IMG/VR virus record: IMGVR_UViG_3300046777_001715
Span: 1 to 64,000 of that record
Source: a virus
Strand: one strand, 5' to 3'
DNA length: 64,000 nucleotides
Positions 14,376 through 24,567 of this stretch are shown in pieces (within the stretch, counting starts at the first letter, position 1; each line of letters begins with the position of its first letter). The translations under genes were made by a program, and so were the position numbers. The notes beneath the pieces were generated by a model. It was not told the DNA's origin. It saw only the letters and a list, made by a program, of their open reading frames with translations, and ran no database searches.

Positions 14376-14459
14376 AGGTTTTAACCTCCTAAGAGACAGT
14401 AACTATAATAGTACTAAACAAAGTATGGGCTTGTCAAGCTAGTCAACCAGAAAGATAAA

Positions 14460-15458
14460 ATGGATATTTCATATTACACAGTAAGAGCGGGATTAAATCC
14501 TGCTGTTGGATTTGGTTATGCTGGCCAAAATATAGTTAAATCATTGCAAAGATTAGGACATAATGTAACTTTTGCAAACCCTAAGTCTCAAGTACAAATA
14601 AACTTTACACAACCAGATAACTTTAAATTTCATAGAGGTCAGTATCAAATTGGATACACACCTTGGGAATCAACTTCAATGGATCCAATGTGGGTAACAA
14701 AGTTTAATCAATGTGATGAAGTTTGGGCAACATCTCAATGGACAGCAGATGTTTTTAAAGCAAATGGTGTTGAAAAAGATGTCAAGGTTTACAGACATGG
14801 TATTGAAAGTTTATGGAAGCCAAAGAAAAGAAGTTTAAAAGATGATGGAGTTTTTAAATTTCTTCATATTGGAGAACCTGCTCCAAGAAAAGATGGACAA
14901 TTAGCAGTTGAAACTTTTATTAAATTGTTTGGCAATAACCCAAAATATCACTTAACAATCAAAGCTCATCTATTTAATACTATAAGAATATATAATAATA
15001 ATAATATATTATCTTTACCAGATATATATAATAATATATCTATTATAACAGAGGAATATGATACTAGTCAACTGTTATTTTTATATCACTCTCACCACGC
15101 ACTTTTATATCCTTCTTGGGGAGAAGGTTTTGGTTTTATTCCTCTTCAAGGTTTAGCAACTGGTATGCCAGTAATTTCAACTTATGATTGGGCGGATTAT
15201 AAAGAATTTCTTGGACCTCTAAAGCTAAAGTCAACATTGACAGATGACAAGCTTCCTAAATCTGTTGGACATGAATATGTTGGAAAAATGTTTAAGCCAG
15301 ACAGAGAACACCTTGAGCAACTTATGCTTGATGTTGTAATGAATTATAAAGCTTATTCAGGATATTATTTTGCTCAATCAGAAAAAGTCCATCAAAAATA
15401 CAACTGGGATCAGTTGACTAAGAATGCTTTTGAAGATTTATCTAAAAAATTTTCCTAG
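14460..15458 (+). CDS. glycosyltransferase family 4 (GT-B)
   Basis: PWEST, RKDG, EGFGFIPLQGLATGMPVI motifs. Confidence 0.9.
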   Translation: MDISYYTVRAGLNPAVGFGYAGQNIVKSLQRLGHNVTFANPKSQVQINFTQPDNFKFHRGQYQIGYTPWESTSMDPMWVTKFNQCDEVWATSQWTADVFKANGVEKDVKVYRHGIESLWKPKKRSLKDDGVFKFLHIGEPAPRKDGQLAVETFIKLFGNNPKYHLTIKAHLFNTIRIYNNNNILSLPDIYNNISIITEEYDTSQLLFLYHSHHALLYPSWGEGFGFIPLQGLATGMPVISTYDWADYKEFLGPLKLKSTLTDDKLPKSVGHEYVGKMFKPDREHLEQLMLDVVMNYKAYSGYYFAQSEKVHQKYNWDQLTKNAFEDLSKKFS

Positions 15459-15549
15459 CCCTTGCCCTCTAAAAAAAATTTAGGTATACTTGGACTTACC
15501 CAAAAAAATTATTAGCTGTTTGGAAACGGCGGAAGAGAGTATTCTATAA

Positions 15550-17481
15550 ATGTCAAGAACTATTGAAAACCCATATGAGAACTTTATTGCATTGTCAAGA
15601 TATGCAAGATGGTTGCAAGAAGATAACCGTCGTGAGACATGGGGTGAAACAGTAGATAGATACTTTGACTTCATGCTTTCCCACTTAAAAACAATGGACT
15701 ATGTTCCAGACAACAAAACAGTAGAAGAGTTAAAGCAAGCTGTGTATGATAGAAGTGTTATGCCTTCTATGCGTTCAGTAATGACTGCAGGTCCTGCTCT
15801 TGATAGAGACCATGTTGCAGGATATAACTGTTCATTTGTTCCAGTAGACAATCCAAGATCATTTGATGAAACAATGTACATCTTGATGTGTGGAACAGGT
15901 GTTGGATTCTCTGTTGAATACAAGTATGTAAATAAACTTCCTGCCGTCCCAGAAACTTTTGAAAAGTCTACAACTATCATTACTGTAGAAGATTCTAAGC
16001 AAGGTTGGGCAAAAGCATACCGTGAACTTCTTGCACTGCTTTGGTCAGGACAGGTTCCAGCGGTAGACGTAAGTAAGCTTCGTCCTGCAGGTGCACGTCT
16101 TAAGACAATGGGTGGTCGTTCATCTGGTCCACAACCTCTAATTAACCTTTTTGATTTTACAATTGCAAAGTTTAAGTCAGCAGCTGGCCGTCAGCTAAAG
16201 CCAATTGAGGCTCACGATATTATGTGCAAGATTGGTGAGATTGTAGTTGTTGGTGGAGTTCGTAGATCAGCAATGATTTCACTTTCAAACATTAATGATA
16301 TTGAAATGGCTCAAGCAAAAGCAGGAAACTGGTGGGAGAATAATTCACAACGTGCACTTTCAAATAATTCAGTTGCATATTCTCGCAAGCCAGAGATGGA
16401 ACAATTTATAGCAGAATGGAAATCTCTTTATGATTCAAAGTCGGGTGAACGTGGCATTTATAATGTGGCAGCGGCGCAAAAGCAGGCAGCTAAGTATGGT
16501 CGTAGAGACCCTGAAATCCACTATGGAACAAATCCTTGCTCAGAAATTATTCTCCGTCCTTATCAGTTTTGTAATCTTTCAGAAGTCGTACTACGTGAAA
16601 AGGATACACCTACAACTGTCGCAGAGAAGGTACGCCTTGCAACAATTCTTGGGACTTGGCAGTCAACGCTAACAGACTTTAAGTATTTGCGTAAGATTTG
16701 GAAGGACAATACAGAAGAGGAAAGACTTCTTGGGGTTTCACTTACTGGACAGTTTGGAAACAAGTTTTTTTCTGGCAAAGAAAACCTAAATAAGCTTGAA
16801 GAAACTCTTGCACACCTTCGTGAGTATGCAAGAACAATTAACGCAGAAGAGGCTGGGAAAATTGGGATTCCTGAGTCTGCAGCTATTACATGTGTAAAGC
16901 CTTCTGGAACAGTATCTCAATTGGTCGGGGTATCTTCAGGAATGCATGCATGGCATTCACCATATTACATTCGCACAGTTCGTGGCGATAAGAAAGATCC
17001 ACTTTCAACATTCCTAAAAGAAGTTGGAATCCCAGTGGAAGATGATTTTATGAAACCAAATGACACTTATGTATTTTCATTCCCAGTAAAAGCTCCACAA
17101 GGTGCAATTACAAGAAATGATCTTACAGCAATTGAGCATTTAAACACATGGCTTGTTTACCAACGTGCTTGGTGTGAGCACAAGCCTTCAATTACAGTTT
17201 CTGTTAAAGAAGATGAATGGATGGAAGTCGGTGCTTGGGTTTATAAGCACTTTGATGAAGTATCTGGTATTTCGTTCCTGCCTCATTCAGACCACTCCTA
17301 TAAGCAAGCGCCTTATCAGGAGGTAACTGAAGAAGAATACTTAGAACTTCTGGCAAAGATGCCTTCTTCAATCCGCTGGGAAGATTTGTCTTTTTATGAA
17401 ACAGAAGACGGAACATCTGGAACACAAACACTTGCCTGTACCTCTGACGGAAATTGCGAAATTGTAGATATTTCCGCTTAG
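15550..17481 (+). CDS. nrdJ: class II (adenosylcobalamin) ribonucleotide reductase, monomeric RTPR type
   Basis: GYNCSF, GGVRRSA, TNPCSE, VKPSGT, C-terminal Cys pair. Confidence 0.93.
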   Translation: MSRTIENPYENFIALSRYARWLQEDNRRETWGETVDRYFDFMLSHLKTMDYVPDNKTVEELKQAVYDRSVMPSMRSVMTAGPALDRDHVAGYNCSFVPVDNPRSFDETMYILMCGTGVGFSVEYKYVNKLPAVPETFEKSTTIITVEDSKQGWAKAYRELLALLWSGQVPAVDVSKLRPAGARLKTMGGRSSGPQPLINLFDFTIAKFKSAAGRQLKPIEAHDIMCKIGEIVVVGGVRRSAMISLSNINDIEMAQAKAGNWWENNSQRALSNNSVAYSRKPEMEQFIAEWKSLYDSKSGERGIYNVAAAQKQAAKYGRRDPEIHYGTNPCSEIILRPYQFCNLSEVVLREKDTPTTVAEKVRLATILGTWQSTLTDFKYLRKIWKDNTEEERLLGVSLTGQFGNKFFSGKENLNKLEETLAHLREYARTINAEEAGKIGIPESAAITCVKPSGTVSQLVGVSSGMHAWHSPYYIRTVRGDKKDPLSTFLKEVGIPVEDDFMKPNDTYVFSFPVKAPQGAITRNDLTAIEHLNTWLVYQRAWCEHKPSITVSVKEDEWMEVGAWVYKHFDEVSGISFLPHSDHSYKQAPYQEVTEEEYLELLAKMPSSIRWEDLSFYETEDGTSGTQTLACTSDGNCEIVDISA

Positions 17482-17542
17482 TGGTAGAATATATATTGGG
17501 GAAACCCAATTCATAGAGACAGCTTCTCTATCAGGAGATAAA

Positions 17543-17797
17543 ATGGCAACAACAAAGAAAGCAGTTAAGAGGCCAGCAAAGGCAGATCTTAACAAAGACG
17601 GAAAGGTCACAGAAATGGAAAAAGCATTAGCAGTTCTAGCAAGCTACGGACGTTCATTTTTCGCAGCAGCACTAGCACTATATATGACAGGTAATACGAA
17701 TCCAAAGGATTTGGCAATGGCTGGAGTAGCAGCAGTAGCACCAGTAATTTTGAGAGCACTAAATCCAAACGACAAGTCTTTTGGACTAACTAAGTAA
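17543..17797 (+). CDS. putative holin with N-terminal EF-hand-like loop
   Basis: Two hydrophobic helices, SYGRS...LRALNP.D..FG actinophage holin pattern; DLNKDGKVTEME. Confidence 0.7.
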   Translation: MATTKKAVKRPAKADLNKDGKVTEMEKALAVLASYGRSFFAAALALYMTGNTNPKDLAMAGVAAVAPVILRALNPNDKSFGLTK

Positions 17798-17809
17798 ATA
17801 CTTTAGGAC

Positions 17810-17839
17810 TGTCCCTATGCTAAAATTGGCATAGGGACA
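17810..17839 (+). terminator. hairpin terminator
   Basis: TGTCCCTATGC-loop-GCATAGGGACA. Confidence 0.7.
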
Positions 17840-17872
17840 TTTCTATTTAAAATACAAATAAGGCAGGGTATT

Positions 17873-18217
17873 GTGGCAGCAGTTAAAAATTTTGAAGTAG
17901 ACCAAGGTGCTACTTTCTCATTTCAAATTGAGTATTTGGACTCAAACGACAACCCTATAGCCCTTACAGGATCAACTGCAAAAATGCAGGTAAGAGATAC
18001 AAAAGGCGGAAAACAATTAGTAGCTACAATGTCTACTCCATCATCAAATGGTATTAATATTAGCGGCAATGTTGTAACAGTTACAATTCCTGCCGCTTCA
18101 ACAAACAAATTAATTTTTCCAAAATCCGCATACGACCTTGTTGTTACAGACACAAATGGAAATAAAATAAGGTTGCTTGAAGGGTTTTTAACTCTAAGTA
18201 GATCGGTGACAGTATAA
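17873..18217 (+). CDS. virion structural protein (BppU-like Ig fold)
   Basis: DQGATF...MQVR...YDL...RLLEG pattern. Confidence 0.7.
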   Translation: MAAVKNFEVDQGATFSFQIEYLDSNDNPIALTGSTAKMQVRDTKGGKQLVATMSTPSSNGINISGNVVTVTIPAASTNKLIFPKSAYDLVVTDTNGNKIRLLEGFLTLSRSVTV

Positions 18218-18660
18218 TGGCTGAAAAAGTAATAGTTCACGAAAATGTAAATAAAGTTGTCATCGGAGACATTGGCGTACAAGGACCAAGAGGAAAAGGG
18301 ATCCTTAATGGAAACGGAGCCCCAGCAGAGTCACTTGGTTTAAATGGAGATTTCTACTACGACAAAGACACAACAAGGTTCTATGGCCCAAAGCCATCAG
18401 ATCAAACATGGGCAGGGGCACCAAACTATCTTCTAAATACAGAAGTAGCAATGGTCTATCCTTGGGAGCTTTCTCAAGTAACTGGTCCAGTAAATGGAGT
18501 ATATTCTTTAAGAATAGAACACAACCTACAGTTCCATCCAAACGTGACTGTTAAATCTAGCAGTGGTGACGTATTAGAGACGGGAATAGACTATAATAGT
18601 ATTAACGTGCTCACACTAACAATGGCACAAGCATTTTCTGGGACAGCGTATCTGTCCTAA
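18217..18660 (+). CDS. virion structural protein
   Basis: GxxG.P..G..GDFY, HNL..PNV, FSGTAYL motifs. Confidence 0.7.
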   Translation: MAEKVIVHENVNKVVIGDIGVQGPRGKGILNGNGAPAESLGLNGDFYYDKDTTRFYGPKPSDQTWAGAPNYLLNTEVAMVYPWELSQVTGPVNGVYSLRIEHNLQFHPNVTVKSSSGDVLETGIDYNSINVLTLTMAQAFSGTAYLS

Positions 18661-18677
18661 AAGGGGAGTAATATAAT

Positions 18678-20159
18678 ATGGCAAGAAAATTTCTAGTCAG
18701 CTTAGACCTAACAAAGAATGAGTTGTTGAATGCTCGCATTCAAAACCTTCCTTCATCATCTAAGCCAACAAATCCAGTCACTGGTCAAATCTACTATGAC
18801 ACCACTGACAATTTCCTATACTTCTGGAACGGAACCACATGGCTAAGAGCCTCTGGTGATTTCGGCATTGGCGGACAGACAACTTCCCTAACATTTGGCA
18901 ATACAAAATCTGATGGAACATCTTCATCAGTAGCTCGTGCAGATCACGTACATGAACTCCCAGATGTAATTGGTGAGTCTGGCGAAATTGTTATTGATAA
19001 GGATCCTAGCAACGGAGATGCAACATTCTCTCTTGCAGATACAGCGGTAAACCCAGGATCTTATGGATCACAAACAAAGATTCCTACATTTACAGTAGAT
19101 GCTAAAGGTCGCTTAACAGCAGCTTCACAAGTTGATGTTGCAACACAACTTAAAATCACTGATGACAACGCAACAGAAATTCAGATTGATCTTCTTACTG
19201 AAGGACTTTCAGTTAAGGGCGGAGAAGGAATTGATGTCTCTGTTCTTGGTAATGAACTAACAGTTTCTGCAGAAGATGCAACCCACACAAATAAGGGTGT
19301 TGCTAATTTCCCAGCGACAGACTTTGAGGTATCTTCAGGTTCTGTAACAATTAATGCTGAAAGAATTCAAGACATTGTTTCTTCACAAATTGTTGCAGGC
19401 GAAGGCATTGATGTAACTTATGACGATGCAGCTGGAACACTTACAGTAGATGCAGAAATTGCAACAACAACAAATCGTGGTGTGGCTTCATTTGCTACAG
19501 CAGATTTCAATGTATCTAACGGCGAAGTAACAGTAAAGAACGTAAACCTTGGTTCACAGACAACTGGCGATTATGTTGCTGGAATTACTGGTACAACAAA
19601 TGAAATTGAAGTTACAAATTCAGGTGGAGAAGGCTCTACAGTAACAATTGGCCTACCAAATGATGTAACAATTGGAAATAATCTTACAGTTAATGGAAAC
19701 CTAAATGTATTAGGTTCAATTAACTCTGTAAATACAACACAGGTTAACATTGAAGATAATAAGATCAATCTTAACTCAAATATGTCAGAGTCTGCAGAAC
19801 CTACAGTTGATGCTGGACTCATTATTCACCGTGGTGCACAATCTGATGCACTATTGACATGGAATGAAACATCAGATCAGTGGGAAGTTGGCCTAGACGC
19901 TGGTCGCCAGTACTCACTTGCTCGCAAGTTTGCAGCAGACCTAAACACTGGAGATTATGTAACAATCTCAGGCGGTGGAACAGTATTTACTGTAAACCAT
20001 GGCCTTAATACAAGAGATATCTCAATTCAAGTTTACGAATCAGCAGCAGAGTGGAATAACGTAGAAGTTGATACAGAAAGAACCACTGCAAATACAGTAA
20101 CAGTCAGATTTGCATCTGCACCAGCAGCTGGAGCATACAGAGTAGTAATTACGGGATAA
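18678..20159 (+). CDS. tail fibre/appendage protein
   Basis: GQIYYDT knob, ARADH, VDAKGRLTAA, repeated shaft motifs. Confidence 0.75.
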   Translation: MARKFLVSLDLTKNELLNARIQNLPSSSKPTNPVTGQIYYDTTDNFLYFWNGTTWLRASGDFGIGGQTTSLTFGNTKSDGTSSSVARADHVHELPDVIGESGEIVIDKDPSNGDATFSLADTAVNPGSYGSQTKIPTFTVDAKGRLTAASQVDVATQLKITDDNATEIQIDLLTEGLSVKGGEGIDVSVLGNELTVSAEDATHTNKGVANFPATDFEVSSGSVTINAERIQDIVSSQIVAGEGIDVTYDDAAGTLTVDAEIATTTNRGVASFATADFNVSNGEVTVKNVNLGSQTTGDYVAGITGTTNEIEVTNSGGEGSTVTIGLPNDVTIGNNLTVNGNLNVLGSINSVNTTQVNIEDNKINLNSNMSESAEPTVDAGLIIHRGAQSDALLTWNETSDQWEVGLDAGRQYSLARKFAADLNTGDYVTISGGGTVFTVNHGLNTRDISIQVYESAAEWNNVEVDTERTTANTVTVRFASAPAAGAYRVVITG

Positions 20160-20162
20160 TAA

Positions 20163-20462
20163 ATGGCAAGACAATTTCTCGCAACGCTGTCATTGCCAAC
20201 TCTTCCAGATCATCCTAGTGATGGACATGCTGGATCTCTATACTTTAATACCGAAATGAATGCATTAATGATGCATACAGGAACAAGTTGGATGCCAGTA
20301 AACGGATCACAATATGTTCTTGAAGATCACATTCATACTTATGACGGATCAATTCACACAGTTATAGCAGGATCATTTAATCCAAATCTAACAATTTTTG
20401 ATGGTGGATTATCTAGTGCTCAATACAACGCAGACACAAATCTTGATGGAGGTAATGGATAA
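20163..20462 (+). CDS. virion structural protein
   Basis: Coupled; GSLYFN knob motif. Confidence 0.65.
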   Translation: MARQFLATLSLPTLPDHPSDGHAGSLYFNTEMNALMMHTGTSWMPVNGSQYVLEDHIHTYDGSIHTVIAGSFNPNLTIFDGGLSSAQYNADTNLDGGNG

Positions 20463-21949
20463 TGGCAATTAGAATTCAGATGAGAAGAGACACAGAGGCA
20501 AATTGGATTGCAAATAATCCTATTTTAAAGCCAGGAGAGATTGGTCTTGCATTAGATAAATTTAGATTTAAGGCTGGATACTCAGAAACTTCAAGATGGA
20601 ATGATTGTGTTTACCTAAATGTTTATCCAGGAGAATTAGTAGAAGCAGTACAAGATGCAATTGGAACATCTGTTAACCACTCAGACCATTCTCATATTAC
20701 CGTAACATATAATGATGCAACAAATAAGTTTGTATTTGGAACTGCTCCAGAAGTTGTTCTGTCTTCTGGTTTGACAGATACACTTGGTGACTATGTAGAA
20801 TTTTCTTATTTTCAAGGAATATTAGATGAGCCAAATGGAATACCTACCTTGGATTCAAATGGTTTAATAATGGATGCAGAAATTCCAGCAACAATAGCAA
20901 GAGTTGCTTCTCCAACATTTACTGGAACAGTTGGCGGAATTACAAAATCAATGGTTGGTTTAGGTAATGTTGACAATACATCAGACGCAGCCAAGCCAAT
21001 ATCAACAGCAACCCAGGCAGCCCTTGATTTAAAAGCCCCTTTAGCAAATCCTTCTTTTACTGGAACAACAAGTACATCAAATCTTACAGTTTCAGGCAAT
21101 CTTACAGTGACTGGATCAACAACAACACAATCAACACAAAATCTTTCTGTTGCTAACCCACTTATCTATGTGGGAGAAAATAATCAAGCAAATATTATTG
21201 ACGTAGGACTGGTCGGAAGCTTTAATAATGGAACATATCAACATACTGGTATTGCAAGAGACCATGAAGCAAACAAATGGAAGCTATTTAAAGGTGTTGC
21301 AGATGAACCATCGACAACAATTAATTGGACACAGGCTACCCTTGATGACCTTGCTCTTGGAGACTTAACAGCAGCAACAATATCTACAACAACATCAATT
21401 TCTTCTCCAACAATTACTTCATCTACACAATTAAATGCAAATAACCTTACAGTAACTGGGACCTTAAATATTCCAACAGAATCAATTGCAAGTTCAGATT
21501 TACATTGGGAGCATTATGCCGCAGAAAGCAATTTGCCACCTGCGGCAGATAAACACGGCATGTTTGCTCACGTTCATGGGACTGGTGCTGCTTATTATGC
21601 ACACGCAGGCTCATGGTATAAGCTTGCTAAAGTAACAGATATATCAGACAACAACTTAACTTCAATTGTCCAAGTTAATGCTTCATATACGCCATCATTA
21701 ATTGATGCTTTTAAACTAATTGAAATGTCAACTGGAACACTTACTCTTCCAAATGATTCTACTGTAGATTTTCCAGTAGGAACTTATATTGATATTCTTC
21801 AAACAACAACAAATCAAATTAATATTGCTGGAACAGGATTTACACCAGATGCCACACCAGGTTTGAAATTAAGAACTAGGTGGAGCAGTGCAACATGTTT
21901 AAAACGAGGCCCTAATTTGTGGGTAGTATTTGGAGACCTAGTAGCATAA
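20462..21949 (+). CDS. tail fibre protein (Mtd/hyaluronidase-like N-terminus)
   Basis: RIQMRRDT...W..NPIL..GEIG; GLGNVDNTSD repeat. Confidence 0.75.
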   Translation: MAIRIQMRRDTEANWIANNPILKPGEIGLALDKFRFKAGYSETSRWNDCVYLNVYPGELVEAVQDAIGTSVNHSDHSHITVTYNDATNKFVFGTAPEVVLSSGLTDTLGDYVEFSYFQGILDEPNGIPTLDSNGLIMDAEIPATIARVASPTFTGTVGGITKSMVGLGNVDNTSDAAKPISTATQAALDLKAPLANPSFTGTTSTSNLTVSGNLTVTGSTTTQSTQNLSVANPLIYVGENNQANIIDVGLVGSFNNGTYQHTGIARDHEANKWKLFKGVADEPSTTINWTQATLDDLALGDLTAATISTTTSISSPTITSSTQLNANNLTVTGTLNIPTESIASSDLHWEHYAAESNLPPAADKHGMFAHVHGTGAAYYAHAGSWYKLAKVTDISDNNLTSIVQVNASYTPSLIDAFKLIEMSTGTLTLPNDSTVDFPVGTYIDILQTTTNQINIAGTGFTPDATPGLKLRTRWSSATCLKRGPNLWVVFGDLVA

Positions 21950-23019
21950 TGAAAAAAACATCCAGAAGGTCCAGACTGACGTCTAGGACGTCTATTCCAA
22001 ATTTAGTAGGATTAACAAGAGCTGAAGCAGAAACTGCTTTATCTAATGCTGGCCTTAGATTTAAATCTACTAGCATTGTAACAAATTATTCTGCAGATAA
22101 TAACAAAGTTGATTCTTTGCCAACGTATGTTTCAGGACAAATTATTCCTAGAGAAACAGAAATTGAATTTGTTTATAAGTCCTATCAGGGAATTGCAGTA
22201 CCAAATGTTTATGGTCTTTCTCAAGCAGCCGCCATTGCAGCAATTACAGCTGCTGGATTAACTGCTGGAACAGTTTCTGGAACAACTGGATCAGACAGTT
22301 CATTAGATCAAAAAATTACAGGGCAAAGCGTAGCTGCTGGAAATTTGGTAGATGCACTTAGCACCATAAATATAACTTTGTATACATATGTTGCGCCATA
22401 CTATAATCCTTATAGTAATCCTCCACCATATGATAATTATGGAAATTATGGAAATTATGGAAATTATGGAAATTATAATAATGCTCCACCACCCCCACCA
22501 CCAGATACAGGCGGCGGCATTGTCCTTCCACCCAGTGGTTGGAAAAGTTTGGGAGTTCACACTCTTGTTAGAACCCCAGATGGTTTAGTTGCCGCAGGAA
22601 GTTTAAATGTTGGAGACGTGTTAATTTCAGCAAATATTGAAGGTGTTCCTTACATGTCTAGCCCAGAAGCTAATCAAAGTATTTACAACTGGACTGATTC
22701 AGAACCAAATATTGAATATACAACAACAACAATTGTAATGGTTCATAAAAAAACAGGAGACACTGTTGTTGCTATTAATGGAGATATATTTTCTCAATAC
22801 CATTATATTTTAATCAAAAGAGACGGACTTGCAAGATTTATTGCAACAGCAGATATACTGGCAACAGATGAAATATATAGCTATGCTTCAAATTCTTTTG
22901 AGCCAATAACAATGTTGCAAATGGTTCCAGTTTCTCATGAAATTGTTTCTATTGATTGTGAACCATATGACATATTTTTCACTCAAGAGATGCTTGTTCA
23001 CGACTCAGTATCTATTTAA
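21949..23019 (+). CDS. PASTA-PASTA-(NYG/Pro repeat)-Hint domain protein
   Basis: IPNLVGL..AEA and VPNVYGL PASTA starts; Hint blocks SLGVHTLV...L.VGD.L and IDCEPYD.F....LVHD. Confidence 0.8.
   Translation: MKKTSRRSRLTSRTSIPNLVGLTRAEAETALSNAGLRFKSTSIVTNYSADNNKVDSLPTYVSGQIIPRETEIEFVYKSYQGIAVPNVYGLSQAAAIAAITAAGLTAGTVSGTTGSDSSLDQKITGQSVAAGNLVDALSTINITLYTYVAPYYNPYSNPPPYDNYGNYGNYGNYGNYNNAPPPPPPDTGGGIVLPPSGWKSLGVHTLVRTPDGLVAAGSLNVGDVLISANIEGVPYMSSPEANQSIYNWTDSEPNIEYTTTTIVMVHKKTGDTVVAINGDIFSQYHYILIKRDGLARFIATADILATDEIYSYASNSFEPITMLQMVPVSHEIVSIDCEPYDIFFTQEMLVHDSVSI
22435..22476 (+). repeat. 9-bp tandem repeat (AATTATGGA)x4.7 encoding NYG repeats
   Basis: Direct reading. Confidence 0.9.
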
Positions 23020-23020
23020 A

Positions 23021-23515
23021 ATGTTGTTAAAGTGGCCAGATGTACTAGAAGGGTATTGGATGCACCTTGCTAAATTGGACAACCATTCTTCTATAAGCTA
23101 CTGTGGCTCACTTTATAAAAACGATAAATATAAAAGTGGAACAATTATTGTTTCAGATTACATATTAAATGATTATCCAGATGTATATGCAACATTAGAT
23201 AAAAATAATGAGCTTAATAGGGTTTATACAAACCCATCGCTAAGACCATCCCACGTCTGGGAGTGGTGGGGCGTAATAACTAAATTTCTTTTAAAAAACA
23301 ATTTAAATTCAGATTTTCATGCACCAAAGGTAAGAAATAAAACGGCTCAAGATGGGTATGTAAGATATCAAAAGAATGTTAATGCCCCAGACAAATATAA
23401 GATAGAAGATATAACGTTGCTTCCAAATATTGAAGAGCCACCAAGAGACTTCATGTACCCTACAATATGGTACAATAAAAGAATAAAAGAGGTGTTAAAA
23501 GATGAGAATAGTTAA
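23021..23515 (+). CDS. hypothetical protein
   Basis: ORF; start reassigned to MLLKWP. Confidence 0.65.
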   Translation: MLLKWPDVLEGYWMHLAKLDNHSSISYCGSLYKNDKYKSGTIIVSDYILNDYPDVYATLDKNNELNRVYTNPSLRPSHVWEWWGVITKFLLKNNLNSDFHAPKVRNKTAQDGYVRYQKNVNAPDKYKIEDITLLPNIEEPPRDFMYPTIWYNKRIKEVLKDENS

Positions 23516-24035
23516 CTATCTAAACGGTATAGCTTACCTTGAAAACGTTGTTGAGGGGATAGACCTAAATTTAATTTCTTATGAAAAAAAAGAACTTGTC
23601 TTGGGTCAAAATGAAATATACCATGCTGAATTTAATATTGGCAAAAATGATGAAAATTTAGTTTTAAAAACATTATTTTATAAATCTTTTTTTAGCGCAT
23701 TAAGCCTTTATTTTAAAAGCAATTCAATTGTAGAAAAAGTTAATGTGTGGACAAGAAGCGAAGATCATTTTATACAATTACCAGGAACAGAAAACCCACA
23801 ATTAAAAGAAAGATCTGGTAACTTAGTAGAGGGCGGATACACCGTATTGTATTTTTTAGATACAGTAACTAGCGGAGGAAATGTCAATATTCCAAGTCAA
23901 AATTTTTCTATTAATTTGCAACAAAACTGCATGATAGTGTTTCCTTCGGGACAAGATTATAGATACAATATTAATAAAATTGGAGAAGGCACAGAGAGAA
24001 AGTTTATAGAGATAGTTTTTGATGAACGCATTTAA
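23502..24035 (+). CDS. 2OG-Fe(II) oxygenase-fold protein, iron ligands degenerate
   Basis: TVLYFL..GG...VFPS..Y....G.R pattern without HxD/H. Confidence 0.55.
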   Translation: MRIVNYLNGIAYLENVVEGIDLNLISYEKKELVLGQNEIYHAEFNIGKNDENLVLKTLFYKSFFSALSLYFKSNSIVEKVNVWTRSEDHFIQLPGTENPQLKERSGNLVEGGYTVLYFLDTVTSGGNVNIPSQNFSINLQQNCMIVFPSGQDYRYNINKIGEGTERKFIEIVFDERI

Positions 24036-24567
24036 AATTAAAAACATTTTTGAGGAATCATATTTTAACGAAATAAAAAATTATTTTGAAAGCCATTCTT
24101 TTTTAAATAATGCCGAATATGATTTTTACAACAGCAAAAGGATCGATTCTTTTGACGATCCAGTTTTAAAATCTATTTTAGAAAAATTACATGAACCAGC
24201 AAAAAAATGGTTTAACAATGAAAATATTGTTCCAACATATGCAATATTTTCTGAGTATTCTGGAAAACAAGCCCATTTAAATCCCCACCGTGATTCTGGT
24301 CCTTGCACCTACACGTTAGACATCGGGCTATACCACAAAACCCCTTGGCCACTTATAATTGAAGGCAAAGAATATTCATTTTTAGAAAATGAAGCAATAG
24401 GATTTTATGCCAACGATCAAGATCACTGGAAGCCAGAATTTCCAGATCCAGAAAACAATAAAGTTGGAATATTGCTTGTTCACTACGTTAATTCAGATCA
24501 CATATGGCTTACATTGCAGCCAGATGTTCAAAAATTAATAAGACAAAGAATTAAAACTGTTTCATGA
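24022..24567 (+). CDS. 2OG-Fe(II) oxygenase
   Basis: HRD...CTYT...HW motif. Confidence 0.75.
   Translation: MNAFKIKNIFEESYFNEIKNYFESHSFLNNAEYDFYNSKRIDSFDDPVLKSILEKLHEPAKKWFNNENIVPTYAIFSEYSGKQAHLNPHRDSGPCTYTLDIGLYHKTPWPLIIEGKEYSFLENEAIGFYANDQDHWKPEFPDPENNKVGILLVHYVNSDHIWLTLQPDVQKLIRQRIKTVS

Noticed and set aside
15459-15549. Cobalamin riboswitch or NrdR box upstream of nrdJ
   Set aside because: The gap is about 90 nt with no B12 box or NrdR consensus.
15550-17481. Intein or intron in nrdJ
   Set aside because: Length and motifs are continuous for a compact class II enzyme.
22546-23004. Mobile intein with homing endonuclease
   Set aside because: The Hint domain is C-terminal, about 150 aa, has no endonuclease motifs and leaves only four residues after it; better described as a BIL/Hint autoprocessing domain.
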